Shown here in pieces: positions 49,780-58,330 of a stretch of 64,000 bases of DNA. This DNA is from a bacterium. GTDB lineage: Bacteria; Patescibacteriota; Minisyncoccia; Minisyncoccales; GWA2-46-15. The stretch covers positions 2,412 to 66,411 of the forward strand of contig JAUYCZ010000003.1 of the NCBI GenBank assembly GCA_030704795.1. Direction: 5' to 3'. Numbering within the stretch: the first letter of the stretch is position 1; each line of letters opens with the position of its first letter. Position numbers and translations under genes: made by a program. The notes below the pieces were generated by a model. That model saw nothing but the letters and a program-made list of their open reading frames with translations, was not told the DNA's origin and ran no database searches.

Positions 49780-51045
49780 ATGTTTAAGAAAACATTTCTT
49801 AAAAACGGTCTGGGCGTTTTCCTTTTTCCCATGAAGAGCACCGAAGCCGTCACGGTTTTGTTTCTGGTGAGGACGGGCTCTAAGTATGAAACCAAGAAAT
49901 TAAACGGCATTTCCCATCTCTTGGAACACATGCTTTTCCGGGGAACCAAGAAATGGCCCGACTCAACAACTTTGTCTAAAAAGCTGGATGGCGTCGGCGG
50001 TTTTTACAACGCCTTCACCGACAAAGAAATGCTGGGGATTATCATCAAGGTTGGAGCGGAAAATCTTTCCCTGGCCGTTGAGGCGGTGGGCGAGATGGTT
50101 AGGCAGCCCCTTTTAGGACTGGCCGATTTGGCTAAAGAGAAGAAGACGATCATTGAAGAAATTAATATGAGGGAGGACAATCCCCAGGTCGCGGTTTTGG
50201 ACTTCTGGGAAGAATTATTATACGGAGAGCAACCGGCGGGTTGGCCGGTCATCGGCGAAAAAGAAATTGTCATGGCTATTTCGCGTCAAGATCTTTTTAG
50301 GCATTTAAGAAGCTTTTTTGTGGGAGAGAATTCTTTGATGGCCATCGCCGGTAATTTTAAGGAAAAAGAAGCCCGGGCGATAATCGGGAAAAACCTGGCG
50401 GGATTAGTCCGGGATCAAAAAAAACCAAAGCCCGGAGTTGAAGAAAAACAGAGTCATCCCTCTTTTGCCTCGCGCTTTAAGGAAACCGATCAGACACACC
50501 TTTGCCTGGGCGTGAGGGGGTTTGATGCTTTTTCTCCCCAGCGGCATGTTCTGGATTTGATCGCGGCCATTCTCGGCGGGATGATGAGCTCCCGTCTTTT
50601 TATCGAGGTTCGAGAGAAACGAGGGTTGGCCTATTATCTCCGAACTTTTACCGAGAACTATACCGATACCGGCTATCTCGTTACTCATCTGGGCGTCAAT
50701 CGTCAGCGGGTTTCCGACGCGACCAGAATTATCTGTCGCGAGTACCGGGAGTTAAAGACAAAGAAGATCGGTCGGGCAGAATTAACCAAGGCCAAGGAAA
50801 GTATCAGGGGCCATTTTAGATTGGGGTTAGAGACTTCTGATCAGTTCGCCAGTTTCTTTGGCCTTCAGGGAATCTTGGGCAAAAAAGTTCTGACCCCAGA
50901 AGAAGAGTGGCGGGAGATTGCGAAAATCACTCAGGATGATATCCTAAAAGTAGCCCGGGAAGTTTTTCGATCAGACCAACTTAATCTGGCCTTGATCGGC
51001 CCCCGCCAGGAAGAAAAGAAGATTTTAAAAATTCTTAAAGTTTAG
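49780..51045 (+). CDS. M16-family zinc peptidase
   Basis: HxxEH zinc motif GISHLLEHMLFRGT. Confidence 0.8.
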   Translation: MFKKTFLKNGLGVFLFPMKSTEAVTVLFLVRTGSKYETKKLNGISHLLEHMLFRGTKKWPDSTTLSKKLDGVGGFYNAFTDKEMLGIIIKVGAENLSLAVEAVGEMVRQPLLGLADLAKEKKTIIEEINMREDNPQVAVLDFWEELLYGEQPAGWPVIGEKEIVMAISRQDLFRHLRSFFVGENSLMAIAGNFKEKEARAIIGKNLAGLVRDQKKPKPGVEEKQSHPSFASRFKETDQTHLCLGVRGFDAFSPQRHVLDLIAAILGGMMSSRLFIEVREKRGLAYYLRTFTENYTDTGYLVTHLGVNRQRVSDATRIICREYRELKTKKIGRAELTKAKESIRGHFRLGLETSDQFASFFGLQGILGKKVLTPEEEWREIAKITQDDILKVAREVFRSDQLNLALIGPRQEEKKILKILKV

Positions 51046-51052
51046 ACAAAAA

Positions 51053-52081
51053 GTGGAAAAAGTAACTTTCGAGTTCTCCTGGGAAACAATTTTGAGGATC
51101 GGAGTTTTGGCGGCTTCTCTCTACGCCATTTATCGGGTTAGAGAGATTCTACTCCTGATCATTTTTGCTTTAATCATTTCTCTTTTATTCAATCCGGTCA
51201 TCGATTATTTACAAAAAAGAAAGGTACCCCGAACCTTGGCGGTGATTTTTGTCTACTTTTCTATCTTTGGCACCTTTGCTCTGTTGATCTATCTCTTTGC
51301 GCCCTTACTGATCATCGAAGTCCATTATTTCTCCCAGTCTTTTTCTCAGTATTTCGAGAAGATCTCGCCACCCCTCCGGGGTTTGGGCATTGAGGGTTTC
51401 CAGAGCTTTGAAAACTTTATCGATCTCGTGGAGAGAACTTTGTCGCCGGTGGCTGAGAATATTTTTAGCGCTCTTTTCTCTATCTTTGGCGGCATCTTAA
51501 CCACGGTTTTTGTCATTTTTCTGGCTTTCTTTCTGTCTTTGGAAGAGCGGGCCTTCGAGAAGTCCCTTTTCTTCTTGTTCCCGGCCGGGTCGGAAGATAT
51601 GGCCCTTGATCTCTGGCGGCGGTGCCAGAAAAAGGTGAGCGGTTGGTTTTTGAGTCGCGTTCTCAGTTCTCTCTTTGTCGGTGGAATGGTTTATCTTTCG
51701 CTTTTAATCCTGCAGAGCGATTACGCTTTTTCCTTCGGCCTCCTGGCCGCCATTTCTAACTTTGTTCCCATTGTCGGCCCTTTTTTTACGGGTTTGCTCA
51801 TTTTTATTCTCCTTTCTTTAACCAGCCCCTTGAAAGCCGTCTTGGCCATCGTCATTTTTATCTTAATTCAACAAATCGAAAATAATATTCTGCTCCCGAT
51901 TCTGAGCAAAAAGTTTATCGGCATATCGCCGGCCTTGGTCTTAATCTCCCTGGCGATTGGCGGCGCTTTAGGCGGAATGTGGGGAGCAATTTTAGGCATC
52001 CCTCTTTTTGCAATTTCACTCGAGTTCGCCCGGGATTTTCTCAAGAAAAAGAAGGAAGAAGCGGAAACCGTCGATGAGTAA
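51053..52081 (+). CDS. AI-2E (PerM/UPF0118) family transporter
   Basis: GTG start; 7-8 TM helices; ...IPIVGPFFTGLLIF... IENNILLPIL. Confidence 0.75.
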   Translation: MEKVTFEFSWETILRIGVLAASLYAIYRVREILLLIIFALIISLLFNPVIDYLQKRKVPRTLAVIFVYFSIFGTFALLIYLFAPLLIIEVHYFSQSFSQYFEKISPPLRGLGIEGFQSFENFIDLVERTLSPVAENIFSALFSIFGGILTTVFVIFLAFFLSLEERAFEKSLFFLFPAGSEDMALDLWRRCQKKVSGWFLSRVLSSLFVGGMVYLSLLILQSDYAFSFGLLAAISNFVPIVGPFFTGLLIFILLSLTSPLKAVLAIVIFILIQQIENNILLPILSKKFIGISPALVLISLAIGGALGGMWGAILGIPLFAISLEFARDFLKKKKEEAETVDE

Positions 52082-52751
52082 TCTATATATTATTGCCACT
52101 CCGATTGGCAATCTTGAAGACCTGAGTTTCAGAGCGCTAAAAATCCTGCATGGGGTTGATTTAATTTTGGCCGAAGATACCCGCGTAACGAGAAAACTCT
52201 TGTCTCGCTACCAGATAAACAAACCCTTAATCAGTTATCATCAGCACAGCCAACTGCAGAAAGTTGATTATATTCTCAAGCTCTTGAAAGAAGGCAAGAA
52301 CTTGGCTCTGGTCTCTGATGCCGGCACTCCCGGAATTTCCGATCCGGGTAACGAGTTAGTGGAAAAAGTGATTGAGTCATTGAGTGATAAAGTGACCATC
52401 GTGCCGATCCCCGGAGCTTCGGCTTTGACCGTCGCGGCCAGCATCGCCGGTTTCAATATGGATAAGTTTTCGTTCTTGGGATTTCCGCCGGCGAAAAAGA
52501 AGAGAAAGAAATTCTTTGAGACCCTTTTCGGTTTCGGTCACCCCGTCGTCTTTTACGAGTCGACCCACCGGATCCTAAAAACCTTGGCGGAGATGGCCGA
52601 GATCCGGCCGGAAGCCAGAATCGTCGTTTGCCACGAGCTGACTAAAAAGTTTGAAAAGATTTATCGTGGCCGGCTCGATAAGATTTTAGAGCAATTAAAG
52701 GGAGCCGATTTGAGAGGCGAATTTGTTGTCATCGTTTCCTTTCATAAATAA
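52074..52751 (+). CDS. rsmI: 16S rRNA (cytidine1402-2'-O)-methyltransferase
   Basis: Start at ATG 52074: MSNLYIIATPIGNLEDLSFRALKIL...AEDTR, SDAGTPGISDPG. Confidence 0.85.
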   Translation: MSNLYIIATPIGNLEDLSFRALKILHGVDLILAEDTRVTRKLLSRYQINKPLISYHQHSQLQKVDYILKLLKEGKNLALVSDAGTPGISDPGNELVEKVIESLSDKVTIVPIPGASALTVAASIAGFNMDKFSFLGFPPAKKKRKKFFETLFGFGHPVVFYESTHRILKTLAEMAEIRPEARIVVCHELTKKFEKIYRGRLDKILEQLKGADLRGEFVVIVSFHK

Positions 52752-52816
52752 TTTATCCCCTCCTAAGAGGATTATTATTGTAGCGAGACCTTAGGTTAAT
52801 GACTGTCCCAGTAAAA

Positions 52817-52845
52817 TTGACTAATCTTCTGGAGATAGCTATCAT
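52817..52845 (+). promoter_or_regulatory. Promoter TTGACT-17-TATCAT ending 6 nt before the ATG (implies a leaderless mRNA)
   Basis: TTGACT 52817-52822, TATCAT 52840-52845, ATG at 52852. Confidence 0.45.
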
Positions 52846-52851
52846 TAATCT

Positions 52852-53991
52852 ATGCAGCGAAAACCTACAAAAGAAAGCCTAAAACATCTCTATTGTGAAA
52901 AGCTTTTGTCGTCGCGAGACATTGCCGCCAAATATGGTTGCGATCAAGGAGTAATTCTTAGGCGTCTACGAAAATTCGGAATACCCATAAAACATCCCAC
53001 CAAAGAAATAACGATTCCCGAGAACATTCTCGAAAAGCTTTATGTTGAGGAGGGCCTATCGACGTATAAGATAGCAAAGAAATATCATTGTGATGCGAAG
53101 ACGGTCTACAAGAAATTACTCAAGTTCCAAATTCCAACTCGTCCTCGCAAGGTAGTTAAAATCTCTAGAAGAGAACTCGAGCACCTTTATTTTAAAAGGT
53201 GTCTTTCTTTGTCTGCGATCGGGAAATTATATAAGTGTGACCCTGTCGCAATTTTCAAGAAAATGCGGAGCCTAGGTTTTTCTTTAAGAAAGAGCTGGGA
53301 GACTGGCAGAAAATACCCTAGATACAATTTTAGCGGCAACTTAACGGAAAAGGCATATCTCTTAGGGTTTAGGGCTGGTGATTTGGGCGTTAGGCAATTC
53401 GGCAGGTTCGTTAAATCCATACGCGTCGGATGTAACTCGACCAAAGTAGCTCAAATCACCCTGATCCAAAAGATTTTTAAAAGGTATGGATCGGTCTGCA
53501 TTGGCAGACAGCTATCGAACGGAGTAAGAAATATTACCGCCACTCTAAACAAATCTTTTTCTTTTTTGCTTCCCAAAGAAGATAAAATGCCTAGATGGGC
53601 CCTGAAAAGTAAGAAATATTTTTTATCGTTTGCTGCTGGTTACATTGATGCCGAAGGTAGTATTGGTATTTATACCAATCGGGCTAAATTTCGAGTAGGT
53701 TCGTACGACATAGGAATACTGAGAAGTTTACTCAAGGGCTTTATTCGTTTGGGAATAAAGAAAGCCCATCTAAGACTAGAAACAAAAGCGGGCTTCGTGG
53801 ATAGAAGTGGATTAAGACATAATGGCGACTTTTGGAGAATAACAGTTAACGAAAAAGATAACCTTTTGTTATTATTCGATTTAATCGGTCCCTATCTACA
53901 ACACGCCGATAGAATTAGGGCGATGGAATTAGCCAGGAGTAATGTTGAAGAGAGAAACGCTGGATTTTACAGTTCCAGCGGTTTAAGATAA
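52852..53991 (+). CDS. Free-standing double-motif LAGLIDADG endonuclease-like protein with three N-terminal HTH-like repeats
   Basis: LAGLIDADG motifs YLLGFRAGDLGV and FAAGYIDAEGSIGIY. Three ~40-aa repeats of the form L..LY....LS...IA..Y.CD......L..F.I (about 52873-53272). Confidence 0.75.
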   Translation: MQRKPTKESLKHLYCEKLLSSRDIAAKYGCDQGVILRRLRKFGIPIKHPTKEITIPENILEKLYVEEGLSTYKIAKKYHCDAKTVYKKLLKFQIPTRPRKVVKISRRELEHLYFKRCLSLSAIGKLYKCDPVAIFKKMRSLGFSLRKSWETGRKYPRYNFSGNLTEKAYLLGFRAGDLGVRQFGRFVKSIRVGCNSTKVAQITLIQKIFKRYGSVCIGRQLSNGVRNITATLNKSFSFLLPKEDKMPRWALKSKKYFLSFAAGYIDAEGSIGIYTNRAKFRVGSYDIGILRSLLKGFIRLGIKKAHLRLETKAGFVDRSGLRHNGDFWRITVNEKDNLLLLFDLIGPYLQHADRIRAMELARSNVEERNAGFYSSSGLR

Positions 53992-54007
53992 GATTGAAAA
54001 TACTGAA

Positions 54008-55447
54008 ATGACTTCCAAATACTACGTCACAACCGCAATCGATTACGTGAACTCTAAACCTCATTTGGGCCATGCTTTAGAGAAAATACAGGCCGATGTT
54101 TTGGCCCGATGGCATCGTCTTAAAAACAATGATGTTTTCTTTTTGACCGGTACTGACGAGAATGCCCAGAAGAATGTTATGGCAGCTAAAATCGCCGGCG
54201 TTCCAGCTCAAGAATTCGTTGACAAGAATGTCGCTTCGTTTCAAGAACTCCTCAAGGTTTTAAATATCTCCAACGACGATTTTATCCGGACTACCGATAA
54301 AGCAAGGCACTGGCCCGGAGTGGAAAAATTATGGCGGGCCTGCTCGGAAGCCGGCGATATTTACAAAAAATCATATACTGGTCTTTATTGCACCGGTTGC
54401 GAGTCTTTTTTAGCTGAAAAAGATTTAGAAAACGGTCTTTGTCCCGAGCATTTAAGGAAGCCAGAGCAGATTTCAGAAGAGAATTATTTCTTTCGGCTTT
54501 CGAAATACCAAAGAAGGCTGAAAGACTTGATTGAGAAGGACGAGCTGAAAATCATTCCCGAAAAGAGAAAAAAAGAGCTATTAAATTTTATTGACTCGAA
54601 AGATTTTAACGATTTCAGCGTTTCCCGGCCGACCGAGAGAATGAAAAATTGGGGAATTTCAGTGCCCGGAGATCCGAATCAGATAATTTATGTCTGGAAA
54701 GATGCTCTTGGAAATTACATTACGGCGTTGGGCTATGGTGGTCCTGACGAAACGACGTTTCAGAAATACTGGCCGGCAGATGTTCACGTCATCGGCAAAG
54801 GGATTTTGAAATTTCATGCTATTTATTGGCCGGCAATGCTCTTGTCGGCTGGCATTGAGCCGCCAAAAGCGATTTTTGCCCACGGCTACATAACGATTGG
54901 CGGCCAAAAAATGTCAAAGAGCTTGGGTAACGTCGTTGACCCGATTGAGTTAGTAAAGAAATACGGGGCAGACCCTGTTAGATATTTTTTGTTGGCAGAA
55001 ATTCCGTCTCTAGACGACGGCGACTTTACTCTTAAGAGATTTGAGCAAAGGTACAATGCCGATTTGGCCGGCGGCTTGGGGAACTTGGTGGCGAGGGTAG
55101 TGACCCTGAGCGAAAAGCGAAAAATCAGAATCGGAAAATTAACGAATCCGGAAATCGCCGCGGTCATTAAGGAAACGAAAGAGAAAACGACCAAGGCCTT
55201 AGAAGAATTTAAATTCAATGAGGCCTTATCAGTCATTTGGCAATTAATTTCTTTTTGCGACCGCTATATCGATAAAACCAAGCCTTGGGAAGAGAAAGCG
55301 GGATCAGAAGAGGTGATCGCCGATTTATTGCTGACCATCAAAGAAATTTCCGATCTGCTTTTGCCATTTTTACCCGGGACCGCGGGAAAAATTCAGCAGC
55401 AGCTTTTGAGGAATAAAAAAGAAATTCTTTTTCCGCGGCTGGCTTAA
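54008..55447 (+). CDS. metG: Methionyl-tRNA synthetase (short form)
   Basis: SKPHLGHA (HIGH), KMSKS, Zn knuckle CTGCESF...CPEH. Confidence 0.92.
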   Translation: MTSKYYVTTAIDYVNSKPHLGHALEKIQADVLARWHRLKNNDVFFLTGTDENAQKNVMAAKIAGVPAQEFVDKNVASFQELLKVLNISNDDFIRTTDKARHWPGVEKLWRACSEAGDIYKKSYTGLYCTGCESFLAEKDLENGLCPEHLRKPEQISEENYFFRLSKYQRRLKDLIEKDELKIIPEKRKKELLNFIDSKDFNDFSVSRPTERMKNWGISVPGDPNQIIYVWKDALGNYITALGYGGPDETTFQKYWPADVHVIGKGILKFHAIYWPAMLLSAGIEPPKAIFAHGYITIGGQKMSKSLGNVVDPIELVKKYGADPVRYFLLAEIPSLDDGDFTLKRFEQRYNADLAGGLGNLVARVVTLSEKRKIRIGKLTNPEIAAVIKETKEKTTKALEEFKFNEALSVIWQLISFCDRYIDKTKPWEEKAGSEEVIADLLLTIKEISDLLLPFLPGTAGKIQQQLLRNKKEILFPRLA

Positions 55448-55489
55448 CCGATTTGACAAACTTCTTGAATCATGGTTATTAACTAGTAT

Positions 55490-55573
55490 ATGCAAAGATT
55501 TTCCGCCCCCAGATTCTATTTCTATTTTTACTTTAAATCCTCTGGGCGAGGAAATCTTTTGCCAATGGTCTAA
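55490..55573 (+). CDS. Candidate 27-aa leader peptide MQRFSAPRFYFYFYFKSSGRGNLLPMV
   Basis: ATG 55490 to TAA 55571-55573. Seven consecutive aromatic codons at 55514-55534. Embedded in alternative hairpins upstream of a terminator. No SD. Confidence 0.5.
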   Translation: MQRFSAPRFYFYFYFKSSGRGNLLPMV

Positions 55574-55605
55574 GTCTAATTACTAATTAACTCTGCGCAA
55601 AAGAC

Positions 55606-55627
55606 ACCTCGCCAACGAGGTTTTTTT
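55606..55627 (+). terminator. Intrinsic terminator (attenuator segment 3:4)
   Basis: ACCTCG CCAA CGAGGT followed by a T7 run. It ends 5 nt before ATG 55633. Confidence 0.7.
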
Positions 55628-55632
55628 AATCT

Positions 55633-56481
55633 ATGAAAACGAATAAACCCCAGAGACTGCGTCAATTACTAAAATCTAGAAAATCACTCTTGATGCCCGT
55701 AGCTCACGACGCCCTGACGGCCAAATTGATTGAGCGGGCCAGTTTTGAGGTTTTTAGTATTGGGGGCTTAGGCATTGCCGCTAGCCAATTCGGTTTGCCG
55801 GATATGGGAATTTTGGGCCAGGGAGATTTTCAGCCGAGCATTAAAAATATTCTGGCCGCCAGTAAATTGCCGGCTCTGGTTGACGGCGATACCGGTTACG
55901 GCAATGAATTAAATGTCCGACGGTTAGTTAGAGAATACGAAGCTCTGGGCGCGGCCGCCATCTTCATTGAAGACCAGGTTTGGCCCAAAAGATGCGGCCA
56001 TACTGGAGTCAAGGAAGTTATTCCGGCCGAGGAAATGGCAAGGAAAATTGAGGCCGCCGTTAGGGCGAAAACCAATCTGGACCTATTGATTATGGCAAGA
56101 ACCGATGCTCGGTCTGCTTGCGATTCTTTGGCAGAAGCGATTAAAAGGGCAAAAATTTATTTAAAAGCCGGCGCCGAAGCGATTTTCATTGAAGCGCCCC
56201 GGACCATCGAGGAAATTAAACGGATTCCCAAAGCTTTGCCCAATACCATTCTTTTAATCAATATGATGGAGGGGGGTCAGACCCCGCTTTGCTCGCAAAA
56301 GGATTTAGAGAATTGGGGCTATAAAATAATTGCCTATCCCTTGACCACGATTTTGACAATGACGAAAGCCGTTCAAGACTCATTAGCGTACTTAAAAATA
56401 AATGGGACAACCAATGATTATTTTCTAAAAAACATGGCAAGTTTTGAGGAATTAAAACAATTACTTGGGTTCCCCGAGTGA
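55633..56481 (+). CDS. Isocitrate lyase / PEP mutase superfamily protein (PrpB-like)
   Basis: VDGDTGYG and IEDQVWPKRCGH motifs. Confidence 0.8.
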   Translation: MKTNKPQRLRQLLKSRKSLLMPVAHDALTAKLIERASFEVFSIGGLGIAASQFGLPDMGILGQGDFQPSIKNILAASKLPALVDGDTGYGNELNVRRLVREYEALGAAAIFIEDQVWPKRCGHTGVKEVIPAEEMARKIEAAVRAKTNLDLLIMARTDARSACDSLAEAIKRAKIYLKAGAEAIFIEAPRTIEEIKRIPKALPNTILLINMMEGGQTPLCSQKDLENWGYKIIAYPLTTILTMTKAVQDSLAYLKINGTTNDYFLKNMASFEELKQLLGFPE

Positions 56482-56504
56482 CTTAAATTTGGTAAGATTG
56501 AAAC

Positions 56505-57425
56505 ATGGCAAACAAAAAAATCGTCTTTTTCAACGGCAAGTTCGTCCCTTATGAAAAGGCGGTCGTTTCCGTCGCCTCGCACGCTTTAAATTATGGCACC
56601 GGCTGTTTTGAGGGTATTCGAGCTTACTGGTCAGAAAACCGGAAAAAGCTTTTTGTCTTTCGTTTGAGAGACCACGTCAGAAGGATGAAGCGGTCGGCTA
56701 AAACCCTGTTTTTGAAGCTACTAGTCAGCGAAAAAGAGTTTTGCCAGGTAGTGGTTGAATTATTGCGCAAAAACAAACCCAAGGAAGACACCTATATCCG
56801 GCCTTTGCTCTTTAAATCAGAAGAAGTTATCGGTAAGTTTGATTTGCGAAAACTTCAGGACGGTTTTACGATTTTCACCGTGCCCTTGGGCCGCTATCTT
56901 AACACCAGCCAAGGAGTAAAAACGATTATTTCTTCTTATCGTCGAGTTGATGACAGAACCGTGCCGCCATTCGCCAAGCCCACCGGCATTTATTTAAATA
57001 CCGCCCTGGCCAAAACCGAGGCCCTGGAAAAAGGCGTGGACGAAGCGATTCTTTTGAACCTAGACAACTCGGTGGCCGAAGGTTCGGCGGAAAACATTTT
57101 TCTAGTTAAAGGCGGTAAGCTAATTACTCCATCTCTGGACCAGAACATTTTAGCGGGAATTACCCGCCAGACGATTATCGAGCTGGCAAAAAGAGAGTTG
57201 AATATGGAAACCGTTCAGCGAAAAGTGATGAGTAAGGAATTATTTTCTGCCGACGAAGTGTTTTTGACCGGCACCGGTGCCGAAGTCGCTCCGGTGATAG
57301 AGATTAACAGAAAAAAAATCGGAGATGGCAAAGCGGGCAAAATTACCGCTCGGCTTCAATCTCTCTATTTTCAAATCGTCCACGGCGAGAATCGAAAATA
57401 TTCTCGATGGCTTACTAGGATCTAA
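56505..57425 (+). CDS. ilvE: Class IV (branched-chain amino acid) aminotransferase
   Basis: FEGIRAY, EGSAENIFLVK, GITR, LTGTGAEV. Confidence 0.85.
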   Translation: MANKKIVFFNGKFVPYEKAVVSVASHALNYGTGCFEGIRAYWSENRKKLFVFRLRDHVRRMKRSAKTLFLKLLVSEKEFCQVVVELLRKNKPKEDTYIRPLLFKSEEVIGKFDLRKLQDGFTIFTVPLGRYLNTSQGVKTIISSYRRVDDRTVPPFAKPTGIYLNTALAKTEALEKGVDEAILLNLDNSVAEGSAENIFLVKGGKLITPSLDQNILAGITRQTIIELAKRELNMETVQRKVMSKELFSADEVFLTGTGAEVAPVIEINRKKIGDGKAGKITARLQSLYFQIVHGENRKYSRWLTRI

Positions 57426-57429
57426 AGCC

Positions 57430-57458
57430 TTGACAGCCCCGCTGGGAATTGGTAAGTT
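57430..57458 (+). promoter_or_regulatory. Promoter TTGACA-17-TAAGTT
   Basis: TTGACA 57430-57435, TAAGTT 57453-57458. Confidence 0.45.
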
Positions 57459-57477
57459 TGAATATTCCCGCATTTTC

Positions 57478-57615
57478 ATGAAGACCGACTCGTTACAATT
57501 GAGCAATTTAATTCTTTCCAGCCGATATTTGAAGGTGGCGCTTTTGGCCATTATTCTTTTTGTCGTCAACCTTGAACAAAGGCCGGGAGACTTAAAGAAA
57601 GAGTATCAGTTGTAA
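57478..57615 (+). CDS. Doubtful 45-aa ORF with one hydrophobic helix
   Basis: MKTDSLQLSNLILSSRYLKVALLAIILFVVNLEQRPGDLKKEYQL. Promoter upstream and terminator downstream, but no SD. Confidence 0.25.
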   Translation: MKTDSLQLSNLILSSRYLKVALLAIILFVVNLEQRPGDLKKEYQL

Positions 57616-57645
57616 ACCAGAAACTGAAATCGTAAACCAGAAACT

Positions 57646-57674
57646 AAAACCTCCCGGCCCACCGGGAGGTTTTT
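57646..57674. terminator. 12-bp hairpin terminator (A-run / T-run flanked, potentially bidirectional)
   Basis: AAAACCTCCCGG CCCA CCGGGAGGTTTT. Confidence 0.7.
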
Positions 57675-57758
57675 AAGTCTTGGGGATCGAAATTTGATTG
57701 TCAGGACCATCTTGGCAATCAAATTGAGACCCACCATCTTATAGAAAGGAGGCTTGAA

Positions 57759-57884
57759 GTGGCAAAAGTTGCCCCACGAGGATGGGGGCGGTACTCGAAC
57801 AATCACCGCTCCAGAAAAGTCAAAAAGAAAGGCACTTCTTTTTGGCGTAAGGTCCTAGAGGCGTTGCGCAAGAAGAAGCGCTAG
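57759..57884 (+). CDS. Possible 41-aa basic small protein
   Basis: Strong SD AAAGGAGG lies 6 nt before GTG 57759. Sequence MAKVAPRGWGRYSNNHRSRKVKKKGTSFWRKVLEALRKKKR. Followed by an 11-bp hairpin at 57899-57931. Confidence 0.35.
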   Translation: MAKVAPRGWGRYSNNHRSRKVKKKGTSFWRKVLEALRKKKR

Positions 57885-58056
57885 GACGATTTGAAAAGAG
57901 TGGGCGCGAGGCACAAAGACTCGCGCCCACCCACCAAAATTAGTTTTAGATGAGTTTTTGGCCTGAAGCTTTGATCATGAGTTTCGTGGTTAATCTTCAG
58001 GCAAAAAACCCGGACCGGTTCCGGGATAAGCCTAAAAACCATTTTTGGAGGGAAAG

Positions 58057-58242
58057 ATGATATTGAGATCGGATCCTGGTCGTTTGCAAGAGCTTCTGGC
58101 GGCATATTCGCAGGAGGAGGCGATCCTTCGGAAAAGGCTCACCGCTGATTCAGCGCCTCTCAGGAGGATTGAGCGCGTGAAGCGGCTGGCTAAACTAGAA
58201 ATGGAGCTTATTCCGCGAGTGGTCGCGGAGCTTCAGAGCTAG
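58057..58242 (+). CDS. Possible 61-aa helical small protein
   Basis: SD GGAGGG lies 4 nt before ATG 58057. Sequence MILRSDPGRLQELLAAYSQEEAILRKRLTADSAPLRRIERVKRLAKLEMELIPRVVAELQS. A terminator follows. Confidence 0.4.
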   Translation: MILRSDPGRLQELLAAYSQEEAILRKRLTADSAPLRRIERVKRLAKLEMELIPRVVAELQS

Positions 58243-58256
58243 TGAAGTGACAATGT

Positions 58257-58290
58257 GGCTCGCGAGAAGACTCGCGAGCCCCTGTTTTTT
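58257..58290 (+). terminator. Rho-independent terminator
   Basis: GGCTCGCGAG AAGA CTCGCGAGCC ... TTTTTT. Confidence 0.75.
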
Positions 58291-58330
58291 ACCCTCTCTT
58301 TTGCTAGAATAAATTATATATTAAATTTTT

